Source of the DNA: Eledone cirrhosa
Lineage: Eukaryota
Direction: 5' to 3'
Assembly: GCA_964016885.1 (NCBI GenBank)
Contig: OZ024744.1
Coordinates: 71,610,001-71,674,000 of the forward strand
DNA length: 64,000 nucleotides
The notes beneath the pieces were generated by a model that did no database searches, had not been told where the DNA came from, and was given only the letters and a program-made list of their open reading frames with translations. The position numbers and the translations under genes were made by a program. Shown piece after piece: positions 25,806 to 38,354 of this stretch (positions are counted from its first letter, which is position 1; every line of letters starts with the position of its first letter).

Positions 25806-25928
25806 TCCACTGATGAGTTATAAGGGCCCGCTTGTGTGTATTTCTATGGATTATATACAAGTTTCTACATAACTTGGACATTATTTATCCCACCTTGTCG
25901 AAATCTTATAACGAAACGATCGTATGGA
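25806..25928 (+). ncRNA. Type I hammerhead ribozyme with large stem II insertion
   Basis: TCCA CTGATGA GTTATAAG (~80 nt) CTTATAAC GAAA CGATCG TA TGGA. Confidence 0.75.
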
Positions 25929-26123
25929 AAGAAAGAGAGATTTATTTAATTATGTCTCATAAAATAATACAACCAATTATCCACGGAATACTATATAGTT
26001 AGTACCCCAAACACATAATTTGGATTATACTCAGGTATATCCTAATGTTTGTTGAGTGAGATGGAGTTGGTCAGAGTATCGCTTAAAGCTTTCTCTGTTA
26101 ATGTATTAAATATGTATATATAT

Positions 26124-26312
26124 AATTGTTTCTACTTATGGCACAAGGCCAGCAATTATCCAAGTGTATTACTGGTACTTTATTTTATCGACCCCATAAG
26201 GATGAAAGGCAAAGTTAACCTCGGCGGGATTTGAACTCAGACCATAAAGGGACGTAACTCTTTGCTGCAAAGCATGGTGTCTGGCCTTCTACCGATACTG
26301 CCAATCCACCGC
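26124..26312 (-). mobile_element. Short-family SINE
   Basis: Full reverse-complement copy. Confidence 0.88.
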
Positions 26313-26746
26313 TATTCAAAATATTAACAAATAAAAAATATTCTCATAATCAAAATATATACTTTATTATATATATTTCAAAGGTACTGTGTTGTTTTTT
26401 CAGTACGTCCTCATCAGACAAAATATATGATTTGATATATGACATACCACTACGGTCTAAATTATTCAATTCCAGTACTGGCAATACTGGAATTGAATAA
26501 TTTAGACCGTAGTGGTATGTCATATATCAAATCATATATTTTGTCTGATGAGGACGTACTGAAAAAACAACACAGTACCTTTGAAATATATATAATAAAG
26601 TATATATTTTGATTATGAGAATATTTTTTATTTGTTAATATTTTGAATAATATTAAAAACTCCAGGAAAAGTTTCCTTGTTGAGTGCTTCTAATCTATTG
26701 TAAAATTGTATTCATTGAGTAATCAACGAACCATACTAATCTTTGG

Positions 26747-26748
<2 letters not shown>
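26313..26748. mobile_element. Palindromic PLE pseudo-LTR-like module (165-bp arms) with hammerhead at 26540-26599 (+) and its mirror
   Basis: 26313-26477 is the reverse complement of 26485-26649; TTTGT CTGATGA GGAC GTACTG..CAGTAC CTTT GAAA TATATA T A ATAAA; followed by (TA)n. Confidence 0.8.
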
Positions 26749-26799
<51 letters not shown>

Positions 26800-27194
26800 A
26801 CCTTCGTACGTCGATATACCACAGGAGAATCCACCATATATAAAAAAATATATATCAATATATATAAATATATGACACTATGACTCTACTATGTGTTCCA
26901 GCCGATAGGCTGTGGCCATGCTGGGGCACCGCCATGGCCGCTACACTTTCTAGAGCCACCTTTCCTTGGTTGGCGATTGATAAAAAAGGAAGGTCGTTGC
27001 TGCCGCCCTTATTTGCGCTTCACCTCGTGCTGTGGGTTCATCCGGGATCTTGGTTACCAGAATGCCGATATGTCTCTTGAAAAAGTCTCCAGGCACACCA
27101 TGTAGATTTCTCAGAGTTTTTAGCAGCTTATTAAAGAGCTAGGGTCCTTTGAATCCCATGTTATTGCAGTATGTGGTCCTTGTTCTTGATGCGA

Positions 27195-27575
27195 ACGATG
27201 TGAAGAAACACAGCTGTTGCTATCTTCACTACCACCAAGAACTCATTCTCCACCCAAATTTTGAGCAAGAAAGATGTAAGAAAACTTACTCCAACATTTG
27301 ATTTTAATTTTAAATCTTTAATTTTTAGTTTTTAACTCCTATTAATTATTTTTAATTTTTATTTCAATACTCAACATTTGATAAGAGGAATTTTAATAAT
27401 ACATCGAAACCGGTAATACTTTATATACTTTATATACATTATAAAACTTAAAAAAAAAAAAAGAATTGTCCCTCTCATTTTTTCAATAATGTCACTTTGA
27501 CGAATCAAAGAAAGGATAAAAAAAGAAAAACAGACCCTTAAATATATTTTCCGTGCTATTTCCAACTTCACCTTT
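27195..27575 (+). repeat. Dispersed repeat, copy 2 of 10570-10975
   Basis: Near-identical AT-rich body with ACATCGAAACCGGTAATAC. Confidence 0.7.
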
Positions 27576-27613
27576 TCTCTATATCCACTGTTTTGTATAG
27601 AACCTTACTTCCC

Positions 27614-27651
<38 letters not shown>

Positions 27652-27774
27652 TAAATTAGCGAGAATCGCATTTCGGCTATTGGAAATTTGCGAAAAACAA
27701 CTTCCGAGATGTGTGGAAAGCGCTCCATAGAAACGAGTGAACTAGAGTGAACGAGTGAACTATATATATATATA

Positions 27775-30245
27775 CAGTGAGTCCTCGATATACGGTATAT
27801 ATGCGTTCCAGAAACCCTTACCGTATATCGAATTACCGTATAAAGAACCCATTATAACATGAAATAGATAGGGATGCGTTCCACCACATCGAAAAAGTCA
27901 TCCCTCCAGAAAAGAAATAATGTTTTTTTTTTAATTTACCTTATACATGCCGCGTAGTCCATCAGATGATGTGCCTCTTCATTTGTCCCTCCCGTGGCTA
28001 AGGGACAGTATGGGTTTCAGCCCTTAATCATCTTGGGATGAGTTGGCAGGAGAGGATGAAGGTGATGTGGGAGACTCAAAACCAACAAACTCGTTGACTG
28101 CAGGGGATGTTGAAGGCCCAGCTGTAGCACGGTTGGCAGGTGTGAGTGGCTTGAAGAAAGAGTAGACGGAGGACTGTTTGGCGGTGTTTCTTTTGTCTTC
28201 ATACATTTCTTGGTAAATCTTGACACTTTTCACGACGTCTTAAGCCACTTAGCTGCTCCTAGCAGGGTTGGGGTTACGCTCCTTCAGGGTTTCTAAGATT
28301 GTTTCGATACTCCTGTGACATTCTCTTAGAGTTTTTATGTCCAAGCCACACACAGATTCTTCTTGCTCCTCTTCTTCTTTTTCTGTCTCCTGTATTGCCT
28401 TGATAGTTCTATGAGTTCATCATTGGAGAGTGGTTCAGCGTGGCTTTCCAAAAGGTCTTGCACATCATCACCATTAACACCACCGAAGCCAGCTCTATGG
28501 CAGAGATTTACAATATCTTTTTTCATCGTACCAATGTCCTCAACAAAGCCTTGGAAGTCATTCACACATGCTGGCCATAATTTCTTCCAGGCCAAGTTCA
28601 TAGTCGACTGCTTCACTTCTTCCCAAGATGCCTTGATGTTGTCTAAGCCGTGCTTGATGTTGTACAATTTCCACCATTCCCTGATCGTGGGCTTGTCAGG
28701 CCCATCTGTGCCCTTTATCAGCTGCTGCATGGTTCTCCGCTGGTAGTATGCCTTAAATGTTTAGATGACTGTTCGATACATCGGCTGAATGAGAGCTGTG
28801 GTGTTTGGGGGGGAGAAACAAAACCTCAATATTTTCTGACCAGTCTTCCATTTCCCGTGGGTGGCTGGGGGCGTTGTCCACTAATAGCAGAATACGGTTG
28901 GCAATGTTGTTATCTAATGCATATTCCTTAAGGGTTGGTGACAGATATGAGGTGAAAGGATCCTGGTGAATTGAAGTGATCAGTCATGCCTTCTTATTAG
29001 ACTTCCATATCACTGGTAGGTATTGCTTAAGTAACCCCTTGAGTGCTCTTGGAGTTTCAGAATGGTAGATAATGAGTGGCTTTAGCTTTAAATCTCCTGC
29101 ATTCCCTCCAAGTAACAGAGTGACGCGGTCCTTTGAGGCTTTGAACCCCTTCGCACTCTTCTCCTTGTCAATATAATTATTACTGGTCATCTTTTTCCAA
29201 TAAAGTCCTGTTTCATCATAATTAGTAACCTGTTTTTTTGCTGTACCCCTGCTCTGCAATGCATTTCTCTAACACTGTCTTGAATTTTGTCGGAACTGGC
29301 AGCCTCACCTGTAATATTTATGTTGTGAAGACTCGAACGTCGTTTGAACTTATCAAACCAGCCTTTGCTTGCCTTGAATACAAAGTCCTCCACCCCCATT
29401 TCAGTCTTGAGCCTGTCAATAATGGAAAATGATTTCTCACTGATTACATTTAAAGACAGAGGCATATTTTGACGATTTTGGTCGTCGATCCAAATTTTGA
29501 GCAACCTTTCCATCCTATCCATAATCAGCTCACCGTGTTTGGTCAACAATTTACTCTGTAGACTCGTAGCCTTCTCCCCAGCCTTTTCGACAGCCTCACT
29601 ATTTTTTAAAACAGTCCAGACTGTAGACTGCGCTAGGCCTAAGTTACGAATTATGGCGGACGTACCTTGCCCTGTTTCTTCCTTTTCAAAATGTCCAGCT
29701 TTATCTCCAAAGTCAGGCTCTTCCTCATGCGTCTGCATCAGCAATATTCGCAGGACGTTTTGGGGCCATGAGATATGGGGTTATAAGATATGCCGTGATA
29801 ATTATGCTCTAAAAACACGCCGTCGGGTTTTCTCTTACTTAGAATGACGTAATAACTCTTAACTGATCACTTCAGTTCGGCAAAAATTCTCTCACTGAGA
29901 GGACACGCTAATTTGCCGAACTGAAGTGATCAGTTAAGAGTTATGACGTCATCGACCGATATCCGAACTCGCTCGTGATTGGCCAGTTTCTCTGTAAGGT
30001 CAGTTAGTACGATAGCAGTAGTAACACAATTTTCCTAGAATTCGAATAGCAGTCAATTTCCACGAATTCAAGGGGGAATTTATTGCTTACTACAGGTGGC
30101 GCTACGGTACAATATAAACAAAACACGACCAAAAACCGTGTCTGTGAATTTTTTTTACCGTAAATAGAATTGATGGTAGTAATTACCCAAAACTGTATCT
30201 ATGAATTTACCGGATAAAGAACTACCGTATATCGAGGACCCACTG
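27775..30245 (-). mobile_element. Tigger/pogo-like DNA transposon, full length, transposase disrupted
   Basis: 23-bp TIRs CAGTGAGTCCTCGATATACGGTA / TACCGTATATCGAGGACCCACTG, TA flanks; CENP-B-type HTH (FKASKGWFDKFKRR), NYDETGLYWKKM, KASKDRVTLLLGGNA, AWKKLWP. Confidence 0.92.
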
Positions 30246-30335
<90 letters not shown>

Positions 30336-30439
30336 TATATATTCATATACGAGAAACATTTTGATCAATACATAATATGTGTGTATGTGTGTGTAGAAGC
30401 ATATATGGGGAGAAGAAACAAAGAATGCGACTCTCGGAT

Positions 30440-30980
30440 TCTGAATATAGGTTTCAGAAGACTGAGCGAAGATTCCATAGTATCTAAGTATAGGTTAAGA
30501 AGGATCTGAGTATAGGTTTTAGAGGATCTTAATAAAGGTTTTAGATATTTGGGTAGAGGCTTCGGAGGTTTGAGTAGAGGTTTGAGAGGTTTGAGTAGTG
30601 GTTTCTGAGGATCTGAGTAGGGTTTTCAGGGGATTTGAATAGAGGTTAAAGAGGATCTGAGTATATGTTAAAGAGGATATGAGTATAGGTTAGAGAGGAT
30701 CTGAGTATATGTTTGAGAGGATCTGAGTAGAGATTCCAGAGAATCTGAGTATAGGTTCCAGAGAATCTGACTATAGGTTCTAGAGGATCTGAGTAGAGGT
30801 TAAAGTGAATCTGAGTAGAAGTGTGAATAGATCTGAACAGAGGTTCCAGAGCATCTGAATAGGTGTTCCAGAGGATCTGAGCAAAGGTTCCAGATGATAT
30901 GAGTAGTGGTTAACAGGATCTGAGTATATGTTTCTGAGGAGTTCAGTAAAGGTTTTAGAAGAGCTGCGTAAAGGTTTCGT
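30440..30980. repeat. ~21-bp minisatellite (GAGGATCTGAGTATAGGTTHA-like)
   Basis: About 25 degenerate tandem units. Confidence 0.85.
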
Positions 30981-31151
30981 TGGCATTAGTGATTAAAATG
31001 TCGAACAGTGTGAAAAGGTGACCAGAAATAGTGTATCGAATGCGGTTATTTAGAGATGGCGCTGACCTTTCTATTGTAGTTGTATTCTTTATATATCATT
31101 TTATTTAAACGATAATAATGTATCTATCTCTTTGTTTGTCTATCCCCCCCC

Positions 31152-31182
<31 letters not shown>

Positions 31183-31239
31183 CAAACACACACACACACA
31201 TATATACACATATATATATGTATGTTATATATATATATA

Positions 31240-31806
31240 ATGTAGATCCCGAGTTAAATCGGAGGTAACCACAGTTAAAAAGGTACTCAATACATTAGTA
31301 GAGTATAAACATTACATTTAATATAGAAATTAATTCTATAGGACTAGAACTAATTCATTCTTATGAAATCATCAGGAATGTTAGGTGACACAGTAAGTAA
31401 TTGATATTTATAGGTTTCCTAGAGGTTGGGGATGATAGTAGTTGTGGTGGCAATGGTGGGGCTTGTTATGAGGAGCAGATATCAAGTAGTGAATTAGAGA
31501 GGAGTGGGGTTCGATGTAAGAGCGGGTGTGGTTTAAGGGAATGGGAAGAAAGCAGAGAATTCTTTAAGTGGAGAAGAATTTCAAAAGATAGTATTCTTTA
31601 TATTAAATAATTCCCTTCCGCCACCCCTCTATTTTACTACTTGATAACTGCTCCTTATAATAAACCCCTTCTCCCAGAACTACTACTGTCCCCAACCACT
31701 AGGAAACCTATAAATATCAACGGTTTACTGTACCACCCGGCATTTCTGATGATTGCATACGAATGAAACAGTTCTAGTCTTCTAGAAGTCATTTCTATAT
31801 TAAATA
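31240..31806. mobile_element. Inverted pair of PLE pseudo-LTRs with hammerhead-like cores
   Basis: 31316-31443 is an imperfect reverse complement of 31678-31805; CTGATGA TTGCATACGAAT GAAA CAGTTCTAG TC at 31746; same family at 35706-35850. Confidence 0.65.
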
Positions 31807-31814
31807 TATGTATA

Positions 31815-32544
31815 GAAATCAGAAATGAGAGGGTTATAGAGAGAGAGAAAGGAAAAGGAGGAGAGGAGAAAAATGGGGACTAAATCGATGGAGCAGGACT
31901 TATGGAGAAAGATGAAGAGAAGGATAGAAAGATGGAGAGAATAGACTAACAATTCTGTAACTCAGTTTCTCGCGTGAGGGAAACACTGTCAAGACTATGT
32001 CCAGAAACATTGACTGCACAAGAATCAAATCTCTGTTGTTCAAACGCTAGAATAGAGGAATGAGAGAGAAACGGCGTACGCCACGATTGGCGAAAGAAAG
32101 GCTGTTTGTTGTTGGAAAGTGCGCAGCCGCAACAGTAGGCGGAAGTAACAATAGCAGCAGAGGCAAAAATGAAGGGGGGCAATGGCGGGAGATAGAAAGA
32201 TAGAGTATGATTGCTATTCCAACGGGATGGGAACAGCAACAACAGTAAGCGGAAGTAACAGTGGTAAAAACAAAAACAAAGGGAGGCGAAAACGAAAGAG
32301 ACAAAAATAGAGAGAGGAAGAGAGAGCTGACATAGTCTAGAGATAGTCCTTCCCTCACGCGAGAAACTATGTTACGGTATTATATTATATTGTAAAGTAT
32401 TGTTGGGAAGCTGACAATTCAGATAACGCTAAGTTCCTTTTCCCCTTTAATCTATTCTCTCTATTGTTCAATCCATCTCTTCGTTTTTCTCCACACATCC
32501 TAATTCATCGTTTTCATCTCCATTTTTCTCCTCTTCTCCTCTTC

Positions 32545-32613
<69 letters not shown>

Positions 32614-32640
32614 ACCCCCTCATTTCTCATCTCATACTTT
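31815..32640. repeat. Imperfect foldback element
   Basis: AGTTTCTCGCGTGAGGGAA (31964-31982) exact inverse at 32350-32368; purine-rich left flank mirrors pyrimidine-rich right flank; internal direct repeat CAACAGTARGCGGAAGTAACA. Confidence 0.6.
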
Positions 32641-32813
32641 GACTCTCTTTCTCCACCTCACCCCCACTTTCCGTTCGATTTGTGGTTATATCTTAACCCC
32701 AAAAAATGTTTGCTATGCCAATAGTATCCAGCTGTTGCAACTATCTTTCGCGCTGAGAATACTCAAATTTTACGAATATTGATATATACACTCATCGCTT
32801 GAAACCTTTTCAA

Positions 32814-32857
<44 letters not shown>

Positions 32858-32890
32858 TATATATCGTTTCTGAATATACATATATCGCTT

Positions 32891-33495
32891 CAAGATAGTA
32901 AAGAATCATCTGTACTCCACCAACATGCTAAAATAGAACATAAGGGTAAATTAGAGAACATAGAAATAAAAATAGAATCTACACACAGAAAAGACGCAAT
33001 GTTTAGACAAATCACAGAGGCAATAAACATAAATGAACTCCAACCAAAATTAAATAGAAAACATGAATGGAACAGCAACATCACAACTTACAATTAGGGA
33101 CAAAATGAAAACACACACACACATAGAACAAACAACCAACCAGTAACATGTAAATAAACAAATAAATAAACAAATATAAACACACGCAGACACCCGGATG
33201 TAACACATGCGCAAACTAAGCACACAACGCACACAAAAACAAGATGGCGTAGGACAGAACAAAGGAGAGGCACAAAAATAAAGAAAAGAATCCCCAGTCA
33301 CTGAAGAGGTCACAGAATGTGTGACGAAAGAACTTTGACAATATATGAACAATCATCTGGTTGTGGAACCAACCAACCAACCGGAAATTTATAAATTCCT
33401 AAATTCATAAATTTAATTTATAATAAATTGAAGTGAAAGCAACTGGTGCGTGTGTTTCTTATTGGCAACATGACCCTCCCAAAGTATAACAATAT
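32891..33495 (+). mobile_element. PLE 3' fragment: GIY-YIG C-terminus plus pseudo-LTR with hammerhead (33297-33339)
   Basis: Frame from 32891 reads SSVLHQHAKIEH..RQITEAININELQPKLNRKHEW; GTCA CTGAAGA G GTCAC..GTGAC GAAA GAAC TT TGAC. Confidence 0.75.
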
Positions 33496-33764
33496 ATATA
33501 TATAAAATTAGAATTGGTGCTCTGAAATAGCGATATATATATGAATGTATATATAGTATATTTGGAAATACGCTGTATGCTTAATTAAAAACATTTTGAA
33601 GACCTTACGCTATTGTTTTAAAGTAGTGACTATGTCACTCACTTCTTTTTTCAACAAACAATTTGTTGAAAAAAGAAGTAAGTGACATAGGTTTGAGTAG
33701 AGGTTTGAGAGGTTTGAGTAGAGGTTTCTGAGGATCTGAGTAGGGTTTCAGGGGATTTGAATAG

Positions 33765-35662
33765 AGGTTGTACCGGGATGACAGGCTCCTCACCCTCAAA
33801 GGGTACAACCCCAGTAGTAGAGACCGGGTCCGTAAACAGCTAATCAACTTCTACCGGGACTGGGAATTTAAAATCACCCTACAAACGTCCCTAACCTGAG
33901 TCAATTTCCTGGACGTTACATTCAACCTCGAAAATGATCTGTACTACCCATACAGGAAACCAAACGACAACCTGCACTACATCCACCGCCGCTCTAGCCA
34001 TCCTAGAAACATCACCAATAACTTGGTTAAAAACATCTCTCTCCGCATATCTCGTTTGTCCGCTAATGAGCAGATATTCGACGAACATGCGCCTCATTAC
34101 AACTAGGCCCTCAAGCGGAGTGGCTTCCGGGAGGAAATATCTTTTTATCCAGCTTCCCTTAGCGGAACCAGCAGGCGACACCGCCGCTCACGCAACGTAT
34201 CGTGGTTCAATCCTCCCCACAATGCCGAGGTGGCAACACCTATCGGGAAAATCTTCTTTAGGCTCAAAAACACTTACCACTACAACACCGCTACCACAAC
34301 ATAATCAACAATAACACCATCAAACTCTCCTACAGCACCACACCTAACTTCGCACAAAATATCGTCTCCTCAAACAACAAAAAACTCAACCCCTATGGAA
34401 GAAACAACCTAGACATCAGTGGAGAGCCGACCAGGAGGTGTAACTGTCCTGATAGATCTACATGCCCCCTCAACAACAAATGCTGAGAACGTAACGTGAT
34501 CTACCAGTGCAACGTGAGGACGGACACTTCCAACAAAGCTTATATAAGATTAACCGCGTGTGACTTCAAGACCCGGCTCTACCAACACCGACATACTTTC
34601 CGAAACCCGGTCCGGCGACATGCCACTACACTTTCGGGCCACATCTGGGACCTCCAAGATAATAATATAACCTACAATCTCACTTGAAGCTTACTGTCCA
34701 GAGCTAACTCTTACACGGGAGGACGCTGTCCGTGTAACTTATGCTCGGAGGAAACATTACAAATGCTGTTTTCGAAGGACCAACTCCTAAACAAGAAAGA
34801 CGAACTGGTAACCGCATGCAAACACAGATTGCATAGGAATTACCTCGCCCTCAAACCTCATAACGACCCGGGTGGGTAGACCAGGGCTGATACCCCCCAC
34901 TTGCCGAATAAGTTAGGGGAAACCCCAGCTTACATAGGTAGATGTATTTCTGTTTTTTTCCTCTATGTCTTCTTCTTCCCCCTGTCTCATCCTATCACTT
35001 CCTTCCACCCCCTATTTTCTTCCTCGTCTGCTTTTTTCCCTTTCGCCTACCCCGATGCAGCCCATCGGGAGTCTGTAGCATCAGTTCCCCCACCCCTGTA
35101 ATTTTAAGATAGAATTGGCCGAATACGTTTTACTGACTACTTATAGCAGATGTGTTAGACCCCTTTAATTTTGTATCAGTTTTGTTACTACACCATTTCT
35201 ACAATTTTTTTCTATTCTCAACTTATTAACCTGTAATTGCAAGATAGCATTGTGATTTTTTTTATTCATTTCTCACTATCTAATTTTATATATATTTTTT
35301 ATTTCTTTTCATTATCTTTTATTGTCTCCTACTCTCATTCGAATTACCTATTCTATAACCTCCCTCCTTCATTCCATACACTATCCTTAGAATCTGCTGT
35401 ATACATATCACTTTCAACGCTTGACCGGCCCCTATTGTTCTACAGGGAAGTTCATCCACCCCTACCTCCCACCAAATGGTATGATAGACTTATTTGTGTT
35501 TACAACACATTTTAACCAATCCTCTTGACAACTATAATCTTCCCATATAAGGAAGTACCCCCTTGACAAGTTCGGCTATTTATTTACCAGGCTAAAAATT
35601 CTAATTTAGTCCAGAAATAGCCGTCGAAACGGCTTGAGCTCTGCCGTCGGGGTCATACTTTT

Positions 35663-35665
<3 letters not shown>
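33765..35665 (+). mobile_element. Penelope-like element (Naiad/Poseidon-type), 5'-truncated, with RT, Cys-rich linker, GIY-YIG and decayed hammerhead at 35557-35654
   Basis: LYRDD, NFLDVTFNL, PYRKPND, SSHP, WFNPP, CNC..CPLNNKC, VIYQC..YIRLT..FKTR, CNLC..LLNKK..CKH; ends in (TA)n. Confidence 0.85.
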
Positions 35666-35706
<41 letters not shown>

Positions 35707-35869
35707 ACCACAGTAAGTAAGGTGCTCAATACATAGCAGAGTATACATATTTAATATAGAAATGGCTTCTACAGGACTAGAACTGCTTCATTTGAAGGAA
35801 ATCATCAGGTAAACTTTCCTGATGATTTCCTTCGAATGAAACAGTTCTATAGAGGATTAGTGGTGGGAA

Positions 35870-36165
35870 AGTGCGGCGACACTCTTGAACAGACTGTGGG
35901 CGTCAATGAAATCGAACTGACCAGACTGTTCGGAAGGACTTTCGAGCTAGGACTATGGATCGAGTTCACGAGTTCATAGTGAAGACCGCCCCGCTGCCAT
36001 ATTTTGGCCAGGAAGGGCAGGCAGTTTTCCTCTGGTGGCAGAGGAGAAAGATATTGTATGGTGGACCAGGTTTAAAGGACTGAAGACTGACACTTTTCTC
36101 TTCGGCCCATCCCTCATCAACTTTTTCAAGTTTCACTTGTAAAGGAAGGCGAGGGTGGAGAGGCA
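35870..36165 (+). mobile_element. Degraded Tx1 ORF2 3' fragment
   Basis: Similar to 4130-4640 (GGAAGGGCAGGCAG..GGTGGACCAGGTTTAAAGGACTGAAGAC). Confidence 0.7.
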
Positions 36166-36199
36166 CATATATATATATATATATATAATATATATATAT

Positions 36200-36445
36200 A
36201 TATATTGTTATACTTGGGGAGGGTCATATTTGTGTAATATTGCCAGAATTAATAACAGAACACACTCACTGTTTGGTTGGTTTTCGCTTTTCGCTTCTGT
36301 GTCTTTTATATCGGTAATCTAATTTATTCGGTCCTCAATGTTGCCATTGACTGACCAACGGTCAAAAATAATACAGTTACAATATAGACACAAACACATA
36401 TATATAGTTTATCAAAGTTCTTTCGTTGCACATCTGCAACATCAT
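36200..36445 (-). mobile_element. PLE pseudo-LTR fragment, third copy of the 23420/33297 family, hammerhead 5' side truncated by (TA)n
   Basis: Minus: ATGA T GTTGC AGATGT GCAAC GAAAGAACTTTGA ... GACCCTCCCCAAGTATAACAATA. Confidence 0.7.
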
Positions 36446-37164
36446 ATATATATATATATATATATATGACCGCACATGAAATATGATTACATATGATTTC
36501 TGAAGGAATATAAAAGATAAATAACCACACCTACACAATAAAGATAATAAACAACGTAAAGCACTTTAAAAAGACAACAAAATAAGACAACCTATACTAA
36601 AAAATGGAGAAATACTAAAATTTGAAATCCATAATCTACACATAATATCTAGTTTCATCTTTCTATTTTCAAAGAATAAATCTTGCTTGCGTCGACTTTA
36701 AGTTTTATACCCTGCGCCTCAATAAAATAATTAATGTACCGGAGTCAATAGTATGAATTCCAATCATATTTTAGGAACTCATGTACACCATAATCTAGTT
36801 CGATTTAAGAAATCGCTATTGCCATCATCCTCGTAAAATTATAAAGTGCAGAAAATATTGAAACGCCATTCTAAAAATCTGAAAAAAAAAAGAGAAAGTT
36901 GCATCCCTCAATATTAAACTTTTGGATGAAAACACAAATATTTCAAATTTTAAATGGTTGATAAATTACCGCATTTCCTGGCGTCGAACGATACTTTTTT
37001 TCCTAAAATAAGTCTCAAAAATCTACTATTGCGTCCTGGCGGGACGTCGACGGCGAGAAATACGATAGGTACGAAGACGTGTCAATCAGCTAGAAATAAC
37101 TGAAAAATCTGCCTCATATCATACTCTGATAAAAACAGCCACATTAGATGGCGTATATATGATA

Positions 37165-37505
37165 GGCGGCGAATTGGCAGAGTCATTAGAACATCAGATA
37201 GAATACTTTGCGGTATTTGTTCCAGCGCTCTGCTCTCTGAGTTCAAATCCCGCCGAGGTCAACTTTGCCTTTCATCTTTTCGAGGTCGATAAAAAAGTAC
37301 CAGCCTAGTACTGGGGTCGATTCTTCCTCTATAGTTCGTTATCATTTTCTCCCTTCCACTTTCTATCTTTCTCTGGAAGAAATCTGTTGTGTTCAGACCA
37401 AGAGAGGGACGGGCCCCGTTAGGCTAAAAAAATGTTCAAGAAACGCCGTATACCAATATGGCACTTCTACGACTCCAGGAGGTACGGGAACATACCATAC
37501 CATAT
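37165..37505 (+). mobile_element. Long-tail SINE variant
   Basis: GGCGGCGAATTGGCAGAGTC head, B-box, core, TCTCTGGAAGAAATCTG body, CATAC tail. Confidence 0.8.
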
Positions 37506-37792
37506 ACAGTGTGAGTCATAAGTAACCGGACAGTAAATGTAACTTTATTGCAAGGTTCACTCTGTATTGAGAAACGGGGTGAGCTTTTCGAACACTTTAA
37601 TTATATTTTTTAAACTACTTTTGTTTGATGTATTTATAATTTCCTACTTTATGACCAGAATGTTAAAAAATATTAATTGGAATTACAAATGTTTGACTGC
37701 AAGGTTACTAATGGCCTATCCTGTATATCAAAAGAAAATGGAAATGTTTACAACTGAAACGCCTTTGAATATAAATGTATTGTGGTCTAAAC

Positions 37793-38276
37793 CAGTGCTT
37801 CTCAAACTATCAGATGTGGCGGACCGGCATTTTTTTTTTCAATGTGCCACGTACCGCTAATATTTCGTAGTAATATTAATTTATACCGGAAACGATATAT
37901 ATAATGAATATAATAAAAGTTGACCATTTTTTTATCTTCTATTTATTTTGTAAACAAATAATACAATATCAAAACATATAAAAAAGTAATAAAAAAAAAC
38001 AAGCAGTTTATTAACACAAAAATAAAAATGATATAACCTTAATCTTTACTAGTGTGAAAGGTGAGCTTGCTTCTTTGTCAGTTTATTCAGTCGTGGTTCA
38101 ATTGAGGACAGTGCCACGTCCAATGGAGAATGAGTATCCATATTATTCCTGTAATTTATCTTAATAACCAATTCCTCAAATGATTCCTTAGCATGACCTG
38201 GACACTGGCCGCGTACCGGTAGCTGATGGCTCGCGTACCGGCACCGGTCCGCGGACCACCACTTTGAGTAGCACTG
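37793..38276 (-). mobile_element. hAT (Buster/Charlie-like) internally deleted element
   Basis: TIRs CAGTGCTTCTCAAA / TTTGAGTAGCACTG; 8-bp TSD GTCTAAAC/GTATAAAC; transposase tail YRNNMD..VALSSIEPRLNKL..KQAHLSH. Confidence 0.85.
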
Positions 38277-38354
38277 GTATAAACAACACCGGTAAAATAA
38301 CAATGCAACCACACAATTAAATAAGTATTCCGCGTTGTTATTCTTGCTGTGTAT

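Noticed and set aside
34478-34690. In-frame TGA codons in the Naiad-like PLE as selenocysteine
   Set aside because: They fall after the conserved Cys (C*E) and at an expected Trp, not at Cys positions; the copy also has TAG stops and frameshifts; no SECIS identified
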